Shown here: piece after piece, positions 42,053-56,222 of the stretch
Position numbering within the stretch: the stretch's first letter is position 1
Layout: every line of letters starts with the position of its first letter
Assembly: GCA_964016885.1 (NCBI GenBank)
Contig: OZ024750.1
Coordinates: 15,872,001 to 15,936,000 of the forward strand
Source: Eledone cirrhosa
Taxonomy: Eukaryota
Direction of reading: 5' to 3'
DNA length: 64,000 nucleotides
The notes under the pieces: generated by a model
What the model was told of the DNA's origin: nothing
Databases searched by the model: none
What the model saw: only the letters and a program-made list of their open reading frames with translations
Position numbers and translations under genes: made by a program

Positions 42053-43108
42053 GTGTGTGTGTATATATATATATGTATAACATAACATACTTTTGATCTA
42101 TTCTTCTAGATACTTTATGATCATCAAATTTGCATATTTCATGACTGCATTTTTTAATTAATTAATTCAATTAACACTGTCATTCATTTTGCATCGCTAC
42201 GTATAGCTTATACACCGTCTATAAATTATGTGTTGGGTCCCATCATTTTACAGGTCGGTTATATTACTGATTAACTTGATTTAAATTTAATCAACATTAA
42301 GTTGTATTTCTTAGCAAAATACATCTAGCCGATTTTCAAAGACAATTAAATTATTTAAATATTGACATTGAAATTAATTAAATTCTAATGTCACTATAAT
42401 ATATTCATTATTTCATGTTTTGTTTTAAACTAATCTTTATTTTCATTAACATGTTCCCTCATGTTCTTTATTCAATCTTGGCATACACCTATATTTAATG
42501 TCAACATATATTGAAAGGTTAACATTAATTTCGGCACATATTTTAATTAGAAGACATATCACACTTTTATTCTTTAAAAAAAAATCTAGTATTTATAATA
42601 AACCTATAACAATTATTTTAAAATCCTTTTTAAGGTTTGTAAAGTCTCCTTCAACATAACTTTCGTATTATATATATTTACTTGATCCTATAAAATATGT
42701 ATTTTTAACAACCTACATAGTACATAGTCTTACCAACAAAACGACGTATTTTAGAGATAGATAGATGGACAGACAGATAAATAGATTATAGAACGTGAAT
42801 CACTCTTGTAAGTTTCCCTATATAATATTTTAAGTATACATACTCGATTAACTCTCGTTGAAAATATTAGCGCTAAAAAACAAAAATAATAAACATATTT
42901 TATTTTAGTTGAATATTTTTTTTATTCATTTCAATATTTTGTAAATAACAAAAGTCTGCTTGCTGTCTGAGCCATATTTTAATATAAGTGTTTATTATGT
43001 GTGGTGGGTTGTTCTTAGTTTCGGCGTCTTTCGTGTTGCTGTGCAGCGAGTACAGCAACAACGCTCACTTCTCAACGTCACACATAGTGGCCATTATATA
43101 TCATCATA

Positions 43109-43130
43109 CATATATATATGTATATATATG

Positions 43131-43163
<33 letters not shown>

Positions 43164-43164
43164 G

Positions 43165-43250
<86 letters not shown>

Positions 43251-44128
43251 TGTATATATATTTATATATGTATATATATATGTATATATGTATATATATA
43301 TGTATATATGTATATATATATTTATATATGTATATATGTATATATATATGTATATATGTATATATATATTTATATATGTATATATATGTATATATGTATG
43401 TATATATATGTAAATATATATGTATATATGTATATATATATGTATATATGTATATATATATGTATATATGTATATATGTATATATATGTGTATATATATG
43501 TATATATATATATGTATATATATATGTATATATGTATATATATGTATATATGTATATATATGTATATATGTATATATATGTATATATGTATATATATATG
43601 TATATATATATATGTATATATATATGTATATATGTATATATATGTATATATGTATATATGTATATATATATGTATATATATATATATTTATATATATATA
43701 TATGTATATGTATATATATTTATATATGTATATGTATATATATTTATATATGTATGTATATATATATTTATATATGTATATATATATATTTATATATGTA
43801 TATATATATATATATATATATGTATATGTATATATATTTATATATGTATATGTATATATATTTATATATGTATATGTATATATATTTATATATGTATATA
43901 TATATATGTATATATATTTATATATGTATATACATATATATATTTATATATGTATATATATTTATATATGTATATATATTTATATATGTATATACATATA
44001 TATATTTATATATGTATATATATTTATATATGTATATACATATATATATATATTTATATATATATATATATTTACATATATATATATATTTATATATATA
44101 TATATATTTATATATGTATATATATTTA

Positions 44129-44179
<51 letters not shown>

Positions 44180-44204
44180 ATATTTATATATGTATATATA
44201 TTTA

Positions 44205-44285
<81 letters not shown>
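43109..44285. repeat. 1.2-kb interrupted (TA)n array with TATG and TTTA variants
   Basis: Direct reading; it is the source of the 478-, 417- and 309-aa pseudo-ORFs. Confidence 0.98.
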
Positions 44286-44302
44286 ACACACACACATATA
44301 TA

Positions 44303-44403
44303 CAGGGTGTCCCCCCAAAAAATGTATATACACTTCAGCAGCATTCTAATAAATATTGCCTGTACAGGTAATCAAAGTGTGTATACATTTTTTTGAGATT
44401 CAG
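44303..44403. mobile_element. Tc1/mariner-type MITE, with a partial second copy at ~48446-48518
   Basis: ta|cagggtgtccccccaaaaaatgtatatacac ... gtgtgtatacatttttttgag is a degenerate TIR pair. Confidence 0.6.
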
Positions 44404-44986
44404 TATATATATATAAATATATATATTCGAATGAAACAAGTTCTAGTCCTGTAGTAGCCATTTCTATATTAAATATTTATACTCTGCTATGTATTGAGTA
44501 CCTTACTTACTGTGGTTACCCCCGATTGAACCCTAGATACACACACACACACACCCACATTTATATATATATATATATATGTGTGTGTATTTCATTATCA
44601 CCGTTTAACGTCCATTTTTCCATGCTGGCATGGGTTAGACGAGTTGTCCCGTTGTGAGCAATGCCAGATCAGGTGACTATGTATATATATATATACATAC
44701 ATACATAAAGTTATGTCGTGTAGGTGTCACGACAAAAAGCATCTAGCCTGTACTGTAAAGTGGTCGTGTATGAGTCATGACTAAAAGCACCCAGCATACA
44801 CTGTAAATGTGGTTGGCATTAGGAAGGGTATCCAGCCGTAGAAATCTAGGCCAAAACAGTTCTATATGAGCAAAACACGGTCACCTGACTCAACTTACCT
44901 TTAATGGGACAACCCGTCTGACCCATGCTAGCATGGAAAGTGGACATTTAACAATGATGATGACGATATATATATAAATATAATAT

Positions 44987-45610
44987 CATCTTCATCATCG
45001 TTTAACGTCCATCTTCCACGCTAGCATGGGTTAGATGGGAGTTGTCCCACTTAAGGCAAGGTTGGTCGGGTGACCGTGTCTCGCTCATATAGGACTGTCT
45101 GGCAGGTTTTCTACGGCTGGATACCCTTCCTAACACCAACCACATTTACAGTATGGACTGGGAACTTTTTACCGTGTTACTTACACGGTCACATTACAGC
45201 GTGGACTGTGTGTTTTTTGTCGTGACACCTACATGATCTCGATCTCATTATCTTATTTATTTGGACTGAATGTTGTGGTACCAACTTTACAGAGAGAGGG
45301 TGGTGTTGATGGCAGTGGGAGGGTAGAATAGGGGTAGTGGATTGGGTTAAGAGGTGCCTACTGACTAAGTTTTGCTTTGTACATAGGCAAGGCGGGTCTT
45401 CTGTATTACTGCATAGCGCCAAAGATCTTGGTCCAGTGACATTGTCTTAGAGAGGTGCAAGTGTGTAAGGTCGGAATTTATCAAATCGTCCCAGGCTTTT
45501 CTGGGTCTACCTACTCCGTAACTTCCATCAATTTTGATCACCCTGCACTTTTTTATACAGCTGTCGTCTTTCATGCGCATCACGTGACCATACCAATGTA
45601 GTCTTCTCTC
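44987..45610 (-). mobile_element. RTE-type LINE 3' end with long UTR and (GAT)n tail
   Basis: WYGHVMRM..DSCIKKC...GRPRKAWDD...DL. The UTR matches 53546-53991 in the opposite orientation. Confidence 0.85.
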
Positions 45611-45654
45611 GAGTATATGTATATATATATAATACCTTATACAGAGGGGCTGAA

Positions 45655-46400
45655 AACAACAGTATGCGATTTAATGCAGGACCACCACAACAAAGGTACA
45701 CTGTTCCAGAGTAAAAAAATAATACACAAGCTTGGTATTGACATGAACAATGATGCATCGTTTCATGCACACATCATCAAAATTATGGCAATGTGCAGAC
45801 AACTGGTGGGTTGGATTCTGAGGACATTTAAGAGTCCCTGAAACCATGTTGGTTCCCTGGAGGACTTTCGTCGTCAGCCATCCGGACTATTGCTCTCAGC
45901 TGTGGTTGCCTCCCAGCGTCAAACTCACTGCGGAACTTGAAGCAGTCCAATGAAGCTACACCAAGAGGCTTGCTTCAATGAAAGAGATGAGCTACTAGGA
46001 GAGGCTGAAGAAAGAAAAGCTTTAGTCCTTGGAGTAGAGATGGGAGAGATATGCAGTGATATATATATTTATATATATATATGGAGGATCCTGGAAGGGT
46101 TAGCACCAACCTTCGGCATTGAAGGCAGGACCAGCCCACAAACAGGATGCCACTGTAGTGCCTAAGGTCCCATCTGTTGCATCAAGAATAAGGACCATAT
46201 ATTGCAGTAGCCTGGGGGTTTAAGGGACTCCAGCTTTTTAATAAGCTGCCAAAAACTCTGAGAGATCTACATGGTGTGCATGTAGATGTTTTCAAGAGAC
46301 ATTTCAACATTCTACTGACAAAGACCCCGAATGAACCCACAGCACGAGACGAAGCACAAATAAGGGCTGCAGCAACAAACTCCTTTTTGCATCAATGGCC
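45655..46400 (+). mobile_element. Degenerate CR1/Jockey-group LINE C-terminal fragment
   Basis: LGI...FHAHI...GWILRTF...DYCSQLW.P...LEAVQ...RWERYAVIYIWRILEGLAP, with stops and frameshifts. Confidence 0.75.
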
Positions 46401-47282
46401 AACCAGGGAAGGCTGGCTATAGAAAGTGTAGCATCGGTGCCAGTGCCCCAGCATGACCCCAGCCCTTCAGCTTGAACACAATAGAATATATATATGGAAG
46501 CCTTAGAGTGGGGAGACCCAGAAAGACTTAGGATGAGGTGATAAAAGCTGACCTTGCTCAATTGCATCTCGCAAGGGCAAGGACACAGGACCAAGATCTC
46601 TGGCATTATGCAGTAATACAGAAACCCGCCTTCCCATGGGCACAGGCTGAAGTATATATATAATATGCACCACCTCTACCCCACCCTCCCATACATCTCC
46701 TATGAGGGCAGGTTAGAGCATACATCTAGTTAAGCCTTCAGCCCACACTGTAAAGTGGTGGTGTAGGTTTCACAATAAAGAGCACCCAGTACTCACTGTA
46801 AATGTGGTTGGCATAAGGAAGGGCCTCCAAAATCAGTTGTGTAGGAGCAAGACATGGTCACCTGACCTGGTATCCCTGCTTGCAAGGGTAGGACGGGAAC
46901 TGATTCTGGCTTGATTTCTACAGCTGGATGCCCTTCCTAACACCAACCTCATTTACAGTGAGTGCAGGGTGCTTTTTTGCCATGCCACCTACACGACCAC
47001 TTTGCAGTGGAATGATAGGGACCCCCCCTATCATCTCATTTTTACAGCTGAGTAAACTGGAGCAATGTGAAATAAAGTGTCTTGCTCAAGGAAACAACAC
47101 ATCACCCGGTCTGAGAATTGAACTCACAACCTTTCGATTGCAAGGCCAATGCTCTAACCACTAAGCCATGTGCCTCCATATATATATATATATATTATAT
47201 ATAATGATTTCTACTATAGGCACAAGGCCAGGCATTTGGGGGGAGGGGAAACTCAATTAAATCAACCTGAGGTGTATTACTC

Positions 47283-48440
47283 GTGAACCCAGCCCTGAGA
47301 TACTTGAACTTCTCTACCTGCTTCAGTGGAACTGTGTAGTCTTCCTTGAAGGGATGAGCTTCTCAGTTTTCACAGCACTAATTCTCATTCAAGCCATGCA
47401 TCACTCTGCCTCAAACCTATCGAGTGAAAGTCAGAGATCACCTGTCAAGTTAAGTAATATCATGTCGTCTGCAAATTCCAGCCGACTGATTTTACACCTG
47501 CCAGTCATGATACCACTTCCAAACATGTCAATCCTGTTCATGAAAATAATGAACAGGAGAGGTGACAGTATGCACCCTTGGTGGAGTCTGACTCCCACAT
47601 TGAATGGTTTCAATTTAACACCATTTATCATAATACAATTACCTGGACATTCATATAGAGATATCAGGGTAGCAAGGAGCTGAACATTGATCCCATACTC
47701 CTTCAGAACCTTTTACAGCAGGTCCTGAAGAATGTGGTCATATGCCATTTCAAGATTGACAAAACAAATATATACCTCTTGGCAATATTCCCATGATTTC
47801 TCAAAGACCTGCAGCAGTGTGAATATTTATTTGGCTGTGCTGTGTCCGTGGCGAAAACCACACTGTTTATCAGCTAGCTTGGACTCGACAATCTCCCTGC
47901 ATCTCTTTGCCTGACACTTAGCATAGACTTTACTGGGGAGGCTTAACATGGTGATCCATCTGTAATTGGGACAATCCCTCTTGTGTCCCTTTTTGAAAAT
48001 TGGGATTATTACTCCTGAATGTTATTGCTTAGTTGCCTTTCCAGAGATCCAGGCCATCTAGCACATGAGTCAGCCAGAGAATACCTTCACTATTTAAGGC
48101 TTTTAACATCTCTGGACGGATTTTATCTTCCCGCGTGGCTTTGCCATATTTAAGCTCTTGTGACCTCAGGCTCTGAGAGATTAGTCACCTCTCCCAGATG
48201 CAACTCAAGTACATCAGAAGATGCTGTTGTGTTCAGGTTTAGGAGATCAGCAAAGTATTCTCTCCACCTCGTAAGGATGCACCTCTCTGAAGCGAGGAGA
48301 ACCCCAGGTGTGGATGAGGGCTTCTTATTAAGAACACTTTATTTGCTGAGCAGAAGTGGGATTCAGGGCTTAACCCCTAAAGCCTCGCATGTCTTTACTT
48401 TGGACGCTTTTACTGTCTCTGCTGCAATTCTTCGTGCTTG
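47283..48440 (-). mobile_element. Degenerate RTE-type LINE RT region
   Basis: GVIIPIFKKG...CPNYRWITMLS, LHQGCILSPLLFIIFM and LEFADD. Confidence 0.85.
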
Positions 48441-48670
48441 CTTGTCCCCCAAAAAATGTATACACATATTTATTAGAATACTATTGAAGTGTGTATACAT
48501 TTTTGGGGACACCCTGTGTATATATATATATATATATATAATAGAACAGAATGGAGGCGGTAAGAACCAGTTAGACCATTACTCACCAGAGTATTCGATA
48601 CTTGGGCTAGTAGAGTGAGTAATATGCAAAAATGCAAGATCCCGACGGCTGGGATCCGGCCGTTGAAACA

Positions 48671-49171
48671 ACCGCGAATATTTTCGTGTCCGGCTTTAAT
48701 ACAAATTATGTGGAAATCTCATTTTAAAAATATTAATACATTTTCTGCTCTAATTTATTGTATCAAACACTTGTATAAAGTTTAATAAAGTTTATATATA
48801 TATGTGTGTGTGTGTGTGTAACAATATTCGGAGGAAAACAATGGTCCATCGGGAAGAGAGCTGAACTATATTATTTATTTATGCTCATACACGGAAGAAA
48901 TGCAGTTCCCAATCTTCAGGTGCTTATACGAGTTTATAGATAGATAGATTGAACATAAATGTTATAATAACTCTATAATTGAGTCCATTTTATATATGAT
49001 GGCTGTGTGTTTAAGGAGTTTGCTTAGCATCTATGTGATTCTGACTTCAGTCTCGTTGACGAACACCTCGGGAAAGTGTTCTTTACTATAACTTGGGGTT
49101 CACTAATGCCTTGGAAGTTGAATTTGGTAGACGGAACAGAGGCCCGTCGCATGTATCCTACTCTCTCTAGT

Positions 49172-49203
<32 letters not shown>

Positions 49204-49326
49204 GTATTTTGTGTGTGTGATTATGTCCCGTATCGTTTTTAAAAAATAACTACCGAGTGTCAATATAAGTTGCCACAGCATGGCCCCACACTAATGACCG
49301 AAACAAGTGAAGGTGTGTGAGTATGC

Positions 49327-49367
<41 letters not shown>

Positions 49368-49631
49368 CATTAGGATTGGTGCTCTGAAATAGCGATGTAT
49401 ACATGACGGTATATTGCCAAATATACTATGCATACATTCATATATATATAATGTGTGTGTATATAAATGTGTATTCCGAAAGACACCTCCGTATTTGAAA
49501 GTCAAATATTTTTTTGGACACCTATATACATATATTATATATACAGCTCGGTTTCTTCCTAACACCCCCTTCTCATCGCATATATATTCTCGTACTTCTA
49601 TAATAACTTCCCTCTCAACGTGTTCCCCCTT

Positions 49632-49675
<44 letters not shown>

Positions 49676-50640
49676 GTGTAGTTACACACATATATGTGTG
49701 TGTGTAACTACACTTGTTTATTTTGCCTTTCGTGCTGTTCTTTGTTGATGTGCATACACACACATATGAGAGAGAGAGACTGAAGGATTAATTCTTCTCC
49801 TCTATTATATGTATAGTTTGCTGGTAACAATAGCAAATATGATGGTTATTTTCCACAGAAATTGTCCTTAATTTTTATATGAAACAGTTAACAGCAAGTT
49901 TCTGTATTTAATTTATTTGTCTTCGTCATAGATTTATCATCACCATTATTATCAAAAATATCGCCGAGGTTAACTTTGCCTTTTATCCTTATGGGGGTCG
50001 ATAAAATAAATAAAATAAAGTACCAGTAATAAACTAGGTAATTGCTGGCCTTGTGTCAAAAGTAGAAACAATTATCAAATTAAACACACACAAATACATC
50101 CGGTATATATACTGAATATAAACACCGGTATGGTTTGGAAGATAGGATATATATATATATACACACACACACACGCATGCATACTCGCATACCTTTTTCG
50201 GTCATTAGGGTGGGGCAATGCTGTAGCAACTTATATCGACACTCGGTAGTTATTTTTTAAAAACGATACGGGACATAATCACACACACAAAATACATATA
50301 TATGTGTGTGTGTGTGTGTGTGTGTATTAGAGAGAGTAGGATACATGCGACGGGCCTCTGTTCCGTCTACCAAATTCAACTTCCAAGGCATTAGTGTTCC
50401 TCAACGAGACTGAAGTCAGAATCACATAGATGCTAAGCGAACTCCTTAAACACACAGCCATCATATATAAAATAGACTCAATTATAGAGTTATTATAACA
50501 TTTATGTTCAATCTATCTATCTATAAACTCGTATAAGCACCTGAAGATTGGGAACTGCATTTCTTCCGTGTATGAGCATAAATAAATAATATAGTTCAGC
50601 TCTCTTCCCGATGGACCATTGTTTTCCTCCGAATATTGTT

Positions 50641-50675
<35 letters not shown>

Positions 50676-50773
50676 AACTTTATACAAGTGTTTGAATAAA
50701 TTAGAGCAGCAAATTTTTAAAATGAGATTTCCACATAATTTGTATTAAAGCCGGACACGAAAATATTCGCGGT
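48671..50773. repeat. Inverted segmental duplication (~48671-49360 and ~50147-50773)
   Basis: accgcgaatattttcgtgtccggc... is mirrored by ...gccggacacgaaaatattcgcggt. The arms contain mixed unique, microsatellite and SINE sequence with small indels. Confidence 0.92.
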
Positions 50774-51474
50774 ACTCAAAATAACACCAGAGAGTAATAT
50801 CAGTAATATAGTATGTGTCTGTGTATATGTGTTTATGTCCCGTAACTTAACGAACGGTTGGACAAAACGAGATCGATAAAATAAGTACTGGGGTTGATAT
50901 AATCGATTAGAAAAAATAAATCTTAGCTAGGCGGTATCCCAGCGTGCCTCAAATCTGACAAATCAGTAAATGGATAAAAGAATATGTATAACTAGGACCC
51001 CTAAATGATAGCTCTCATGTCTTTCCCTACGATTTATACACATCAACCCTCCTATCAAAAGAGTCTCCCTTTAACCACTATACACATACACAAGTTTCCA
51101 TCTATCCAGTTTCTATCACAAGGATCCAGACGCCCAAGATGTTATCGAAGTGGTATCGAACTCGGGTACTTCACATGTGTGTCTGTGGAATACCCACCCA
51201 CCCACATACACGTACGTTAGTTCACTATCTGGACGTCCTGCTGATCGAACAACTGGAACAGTGATCGACAAAACCGAGGGAGTATCCATCGTACACATAC
51301 TGTGTGGGAGCCTCCACATGATCGATCGCTCGACCTGCGAGAAATAGCAACCAAATATTCGCCAAATCACACGCCTTTCGTTACCATCTTTCTAATAAAA
51401 GACACTGCTTGTGACTTTCTTATTATTAAGCTAGTGTCTGAATAGATTTTTAGATAAATATCAACACTTTAGAA

Positions 51475-51649
51475 CAGCGGTCGCCAAGCGGTGGTCCGCG
51501 GACCACTGGTCGTCCGAGAGAAAATTTTGGTGGTCCACAGAAAAATTTAAATGTATTTATCTTTTTAAAAAAACTTCATATTAGTGGTCCGCGGGATTTA
51601 AAAGGATGAATTTAGTGGTCCGTGAGGTCCGTAAGGTTGGCGACTGGTG
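51475..51649. mobile_element. hAT (Charlie-like) MITE
   Basis: cagcggtcgccaa ... ttggcgactggtg termini with flanks ctttagaa / cttttgaa (7 of 8 TSD match). Confidence 0.8.
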
Positions 51650-52329
51650 CTTTTGAATAAACAACTTCATAGCATAGGACGAAGGGCGCTTTCAGGCGAT
51701 GGTGGCACATTGGATACTAGACACAGCAAAAATATGCAGTAATCACGACTGGAACGTCTTTGATCATAGATCACAGCTCGATCATTGTTTGACCTGGGGT
51801 CAACAATAACGCATGTTTCAACATATCGCTCTCGTCTAGTACATATAATACATTGAGTTAATGAGCAACTTTTGTGCGCCAAACTGTTAAATTTTGGGCC
51901 TTCACTTGCGTTACCATATGTGTTTGTGTGTGTCATACCTCATATGCGTATGTCTGTCTCTGTTCATGCATACGTAAGTGTGTTTGTGTGTGTGTGTGTG
52001 GTTGCGTTTTTGTTAATATATGTATATGTTTGGGTCTGTATGTATATGCGTGGTGTGTCTGCCTTAGTGTGCCTGTTGCTATATATGTATATCTGTCTGT
52101 TCATATGTATGCATGTAATGTCTGCTGAAGCCCCGCCTACTCATTTTAATATCTAAAATCGTTGTTCGCTGTTAGTTGCCATTTATTACAAAGAAACGAG
52201 ATTATTCGTCGTTCAGTTATCGAATTAAAGGTTCAAATATTAAGTGACCAAGCTATTTTATATAGCTCTGTAACCTACATAGAGCACTCTTTTTTCCTGG
52301 ACCTTTCCGACGGAATCACTTCACACACA

Positions 52330-52376
<47 letters not shown>

Positions 52377-53014
52377 ACTGATATAATCATTTTAATTCGC
52401 CCAATACACTCTCTAAAATGGTAGTGCATGTGCCACGATAAAACTTTAGGAAGAACCTCCAGTCAACTTTGCTAAAACGGAAACGTATGAATAAGATGTG
52501 TCTCAAACGTAACAGCTGGTCCAAAACAAGCCAGCGTAGAAAAAATAGATATAAAACGGCGATATTGATGATACTGTATATATTATTAACTTTAAACAAC
52601 AAACTGAAATAGACAAACAAGGGCAGTAACTCTTCGCAAAATATTTTACTTCGAAACAAGCTTGTCTATTTCCATAAAGCTGGAAAGACACCCCGCGTAT
52701 ATATATATATATATATAGGGGTGATATACGGGTAGTAATGACCCCCTATGATCGTAGAAGGCTGTGTGCAATACCCTGTACTGTTTCATGTTTCAGATGG
52801 TTCTAAAGGTTTGAATGTTAGTCATAGATTCACGTTAAAACTAAATTTTGACAGTTTTTATTATTTATTTTATTTTATTTTCGGTATTGGTTTATCTAAG
52901 ACAATAAAGGCGGTACATTGAGAGTCGTTAGAGCATCGGATAGAAATGCAGTATTCGTTCCAACTCAACGCCGCTCTGGGTTCAAATCTCTTCACGGTCA
53001 TCCTTTCAGTTTAG

Positions 53015-53049
<35 letters not shown>

Positions 53050-53545
53050 ATATACATATATATATATATAACAGAAATTAGCTGTGGTCAGACTATGTGA
53101 GGGATGTTCTCTGCCAGGTTTAGAATGCCCAATAAACACCAAACCACTGAATTCACTCCACTACTGTTTTAACTCTTTCATTATCATATTTCTCATGAAA
53201 GAGACTGACAATGGTTATCAAATCATCTTGAAAATTATCAAGAATTTAGAGGGATTTAGTGATATTAAATTTCTCATTATTAATGTGACATTTGGAACAT
53301 AACTTAAAAGGTTTTTAGATAACTATAAACAGTTTAATGTCTTCCTCACCATATTTCTAATGAAAGACACTGCCTATGGTTTTCTCATTAGGGTTTGTAA
53401 CAAAAATAATCGACAGTGGTTGAATATTTTCGGGCAGGTATAGCCTTAACATAATTCTCAAGCCAAATCATCGTGTGACAAGGCTGAACTTTTAAATTAC
53501 AGAAGTCCATCTGACAGCTTACCAAATAGTTTCCATATATTTAAT

Positions 53546-53991
53546 ATCTTTGGCGCGACGCAGTAATACAGAAGACCCGCCTTGCCTATGTACAAAGCGA
53601 AACCTACAGTCAGTAGGCACCTCTTAACCAAATATACACCCCCAATCCACTACCCCTACTCTATCCTCCCACCAACACCACCCTCTCTCTGTAAAGTTGG
53701 TACCACAACATTCAGTCCAGATAATGAGATCGAGATCGTGTAGGTGTCACGACAAAAAAAACTCACAGTCCACGCTGTAATGTGGTCGTGTAGGTAACAC
53801 GGTAAAAAGTTCCCAGTCCACATTGTAAATGTGGTTGGTGTTAGGAAGGGTATCCAGCCGTAGAAAACCTGCCAGATAGTCCTATATGAGCGAGACACGG
53901 TCACCCGACCAATCTTGCCTCAAGTGGGACAACTCCCGTCTAACCCATGCTAGCGGGGAAGATGGATGTTAAACGATGTTGATGATGATGA
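53546..53991 (+). mobile_element. RTE-type LINE 3' UTR with (GAT)n tail
   Basis: Reverse complement of ~44987-45427. Confidence 0.85.
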
Positions 53992-54261
53992 TACATTATG
54001 TCCCGCCCTTGCAAGCAGGGAAAAGCAGACGTAAAATGATGATGATGATGTGTACCACTATATATATATATATATATACATTATGTATTACTATATACAT
54101 TCATTATGTATTACTATATATATATATATATTATACAGTGGGGGAGGGTGCTCTGAAAGTACAGTAGCTAGAGTCAGAACTGTGCCTCAAGTGGTAAAAC
54201 CCCCGTCCAAACCCATGCAAGCGTGGAACACGGACGCTAAACCTGATGATGATGATGATGA

Positions 54262-54680
54262 CTGATTAATGTTCAGAGCCATCCTCAGCATTCTCGTGTA
54301 GCACCCATCCACCATCTGTGTGAGTTTCTTGGTCAGTGTCCAAGTCTCAGACCCATACAGCAGCACAGACTCCACTACAGCAATGAAGAGGCGGATCTTC
54401 AGGTCCGACTTCCACACCGATCTCAGCTCAAAAGTGACACAGAGGAGACTGAGGTTAGCTGGACACGCTCACCGACATTCAGAGTTGACACTGCACTCAG
54501 TGCTACTGTGGGAGCCCCTCCATGGACACACTGGAAGAGGAAGACCAAGGTTAACGTATGTTGATGCCCTAAGGACAGAGACTGGTCTGTTGGATACACA
54601 GGACATGGCAGCGATAATGAGGGACAGGGATCGCTGGGGAGAACTCGTCCATGGATCTTGGGAATTTTACCCACCCTAGA
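54262..54680. mobile_element. RTE-group LINE fragment with 5' inversion
   Basis: Minus strand LKIRLF...ESVLLYGSETWTL...RMLRMALNI abuts plus strand RRLRLAGH..RH...LLWEP.HG...GRPRLTYVD, the downstream part of the same protein. Confidence 0.8.
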
Positions 54681-54685
54681 TAGAT

Positions 54686-54723
54686 ATACATTATGTACCA
54701 CTATATATGTACATTATATACCG

Positions 54724-54755
<32 letters not shown>

Positions 54756-55375
54756 TATGTATTACTATATACATACATTATGTACTACTATATATATACA
54801 TTATGTACTACTATATATATATATATACACATTATGTATTACTATATATATACATGTATTACTATATACATACATTATGTACTACTATATACATACATTA
54901 TGTACTACTATATACATACATTATGTACTACTATATATATACATTATGTACTACTATATATATACATTATGTACCACTATATATATATATACATTATGTA
55001 CCACTATATATATATACATTATGTACCACTATATATATATACATTATGTACCACTATATATATATATATACATTATGTACCACTATATATATATACATTA
55101 TGTACCACTATATATATATATATACATTATGTACCACTATATATATATATATACATTATGTACCACTATATATATATATATACATTATGTACCACTATAT
55201 ATATATACATTATGTACCACTATATATATATACATTATGTACCACTATATATATATATACATTATGTACCACTATATATATATACATTATGTACCACTAT
55301 ATATATATACATTATGTACCACTATATATATATATATACACATTATGTATCACTATATATGTACATTATGTACCA
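54686..55375. repeat. Minisatellite [cattatgtac(c/t)ac(ta)n], roughly 25 units
   Basis: Constant core with a variable TA spacer. A few units also lie at ~53992-54135. Confidence 0.95.
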
Positions 55376-55924
55376 AAATATGTCTAATCAGTCACAAACA
55401 CCCTAAACATAGCATCCCTAAAACTATGAACCAACAAAGGAGTCTCTTTTGTGGTTGGTCTACAGCAGCTAAGTCTCCTTGAAATTACTTTTTGTCTTAA
55501 TTATGTAGTCCAAGATACACATAGACAGTGTTGTCATGGTTAGATCATCTTTAATCATGTCTGCCTCCTTAATCAGAGCTAACTGGATCTAAACAGTAAC
55601 AACAACCACAACCATAACCACTATTATCTCCACTATCTGGCTCTCACAAACAAAAGATAGTTGAACACTTTTGTGATCATATTTCTAGCAAGAATATATG
55701 ATGTTTTTGTGTTTTAATTAACAGAATAATCCAGGAGAGGTTTAGTGAAATAAGTAACTTTCAACTCAATAATAAAAGATAAATACTGAAATCTAATATT
55801 ATCTAGTATGTAATAATGAGATATTATTGCAAGGTTTAAATTTAAATTTGAACCCTTTAATAGATGTGGTTTGGGGTGTATTGGTCCTTACACTTTCTTA
55901 CACTTGCAAAAAATATCTCAAAAC

Positions 55925-56222
55925 AGGTTTGTTAATTCAAATGTTTATAGCATCTTTTTAGTGGACAGATCATTGTGAAGATTTTCACTATTAAAGCAAA
56001 GACATTATTTAATGTGATGCAGTCCTAGTGTTGTTTTGAACTTGTAAAAAATGTCTTGCTAATATAGTTTCATGTGGTTTGTTAATTCAAATGTTTGCAG
56101 TATCTTTACTAATGGACGGGTTGTTGTGAAAATTTGCAGTATTAAAGATTTAATATTTAATGTGATGTAGTCACAGTGTTGTTTTGTATTTTTTGAGAAT
56201 GTCTTTTTCATGGTTTCATGCA
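55925..56222 (+). repeat. Dispersed ~150-bp tandem-unit repeat family
   Basis: The unit gtttgttaattcaaatgtttatag...taatgtgatgcagtc occurs twice here, about three times at 58990-59380, and inverted at ~57010-57120 and ~8180-8640. Confidence 0.75.

Noticed and set aside
42960-44396. 478-, 417- and 309-aa ORFs, and similar YI/CV/HT-rich ORFs throughout the window
   Set aside because: They are translations of (TA)n, (CA)n and (TATG)n microsatellites, which lack stop codons.
44987-53991. 440-bp inverted pair 8.5 kb apart as TIRs of one large element
   Set aside because: Both are RTE 3' UTRs with their own (GAT)n tails, so independent insertions.
54686-55375. Repeat-spacer pattern resembling a CRISPR array
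   Set aside because: The spacers are only variable TA runs, there are no cas genes, and the DNA is eukaryotic.
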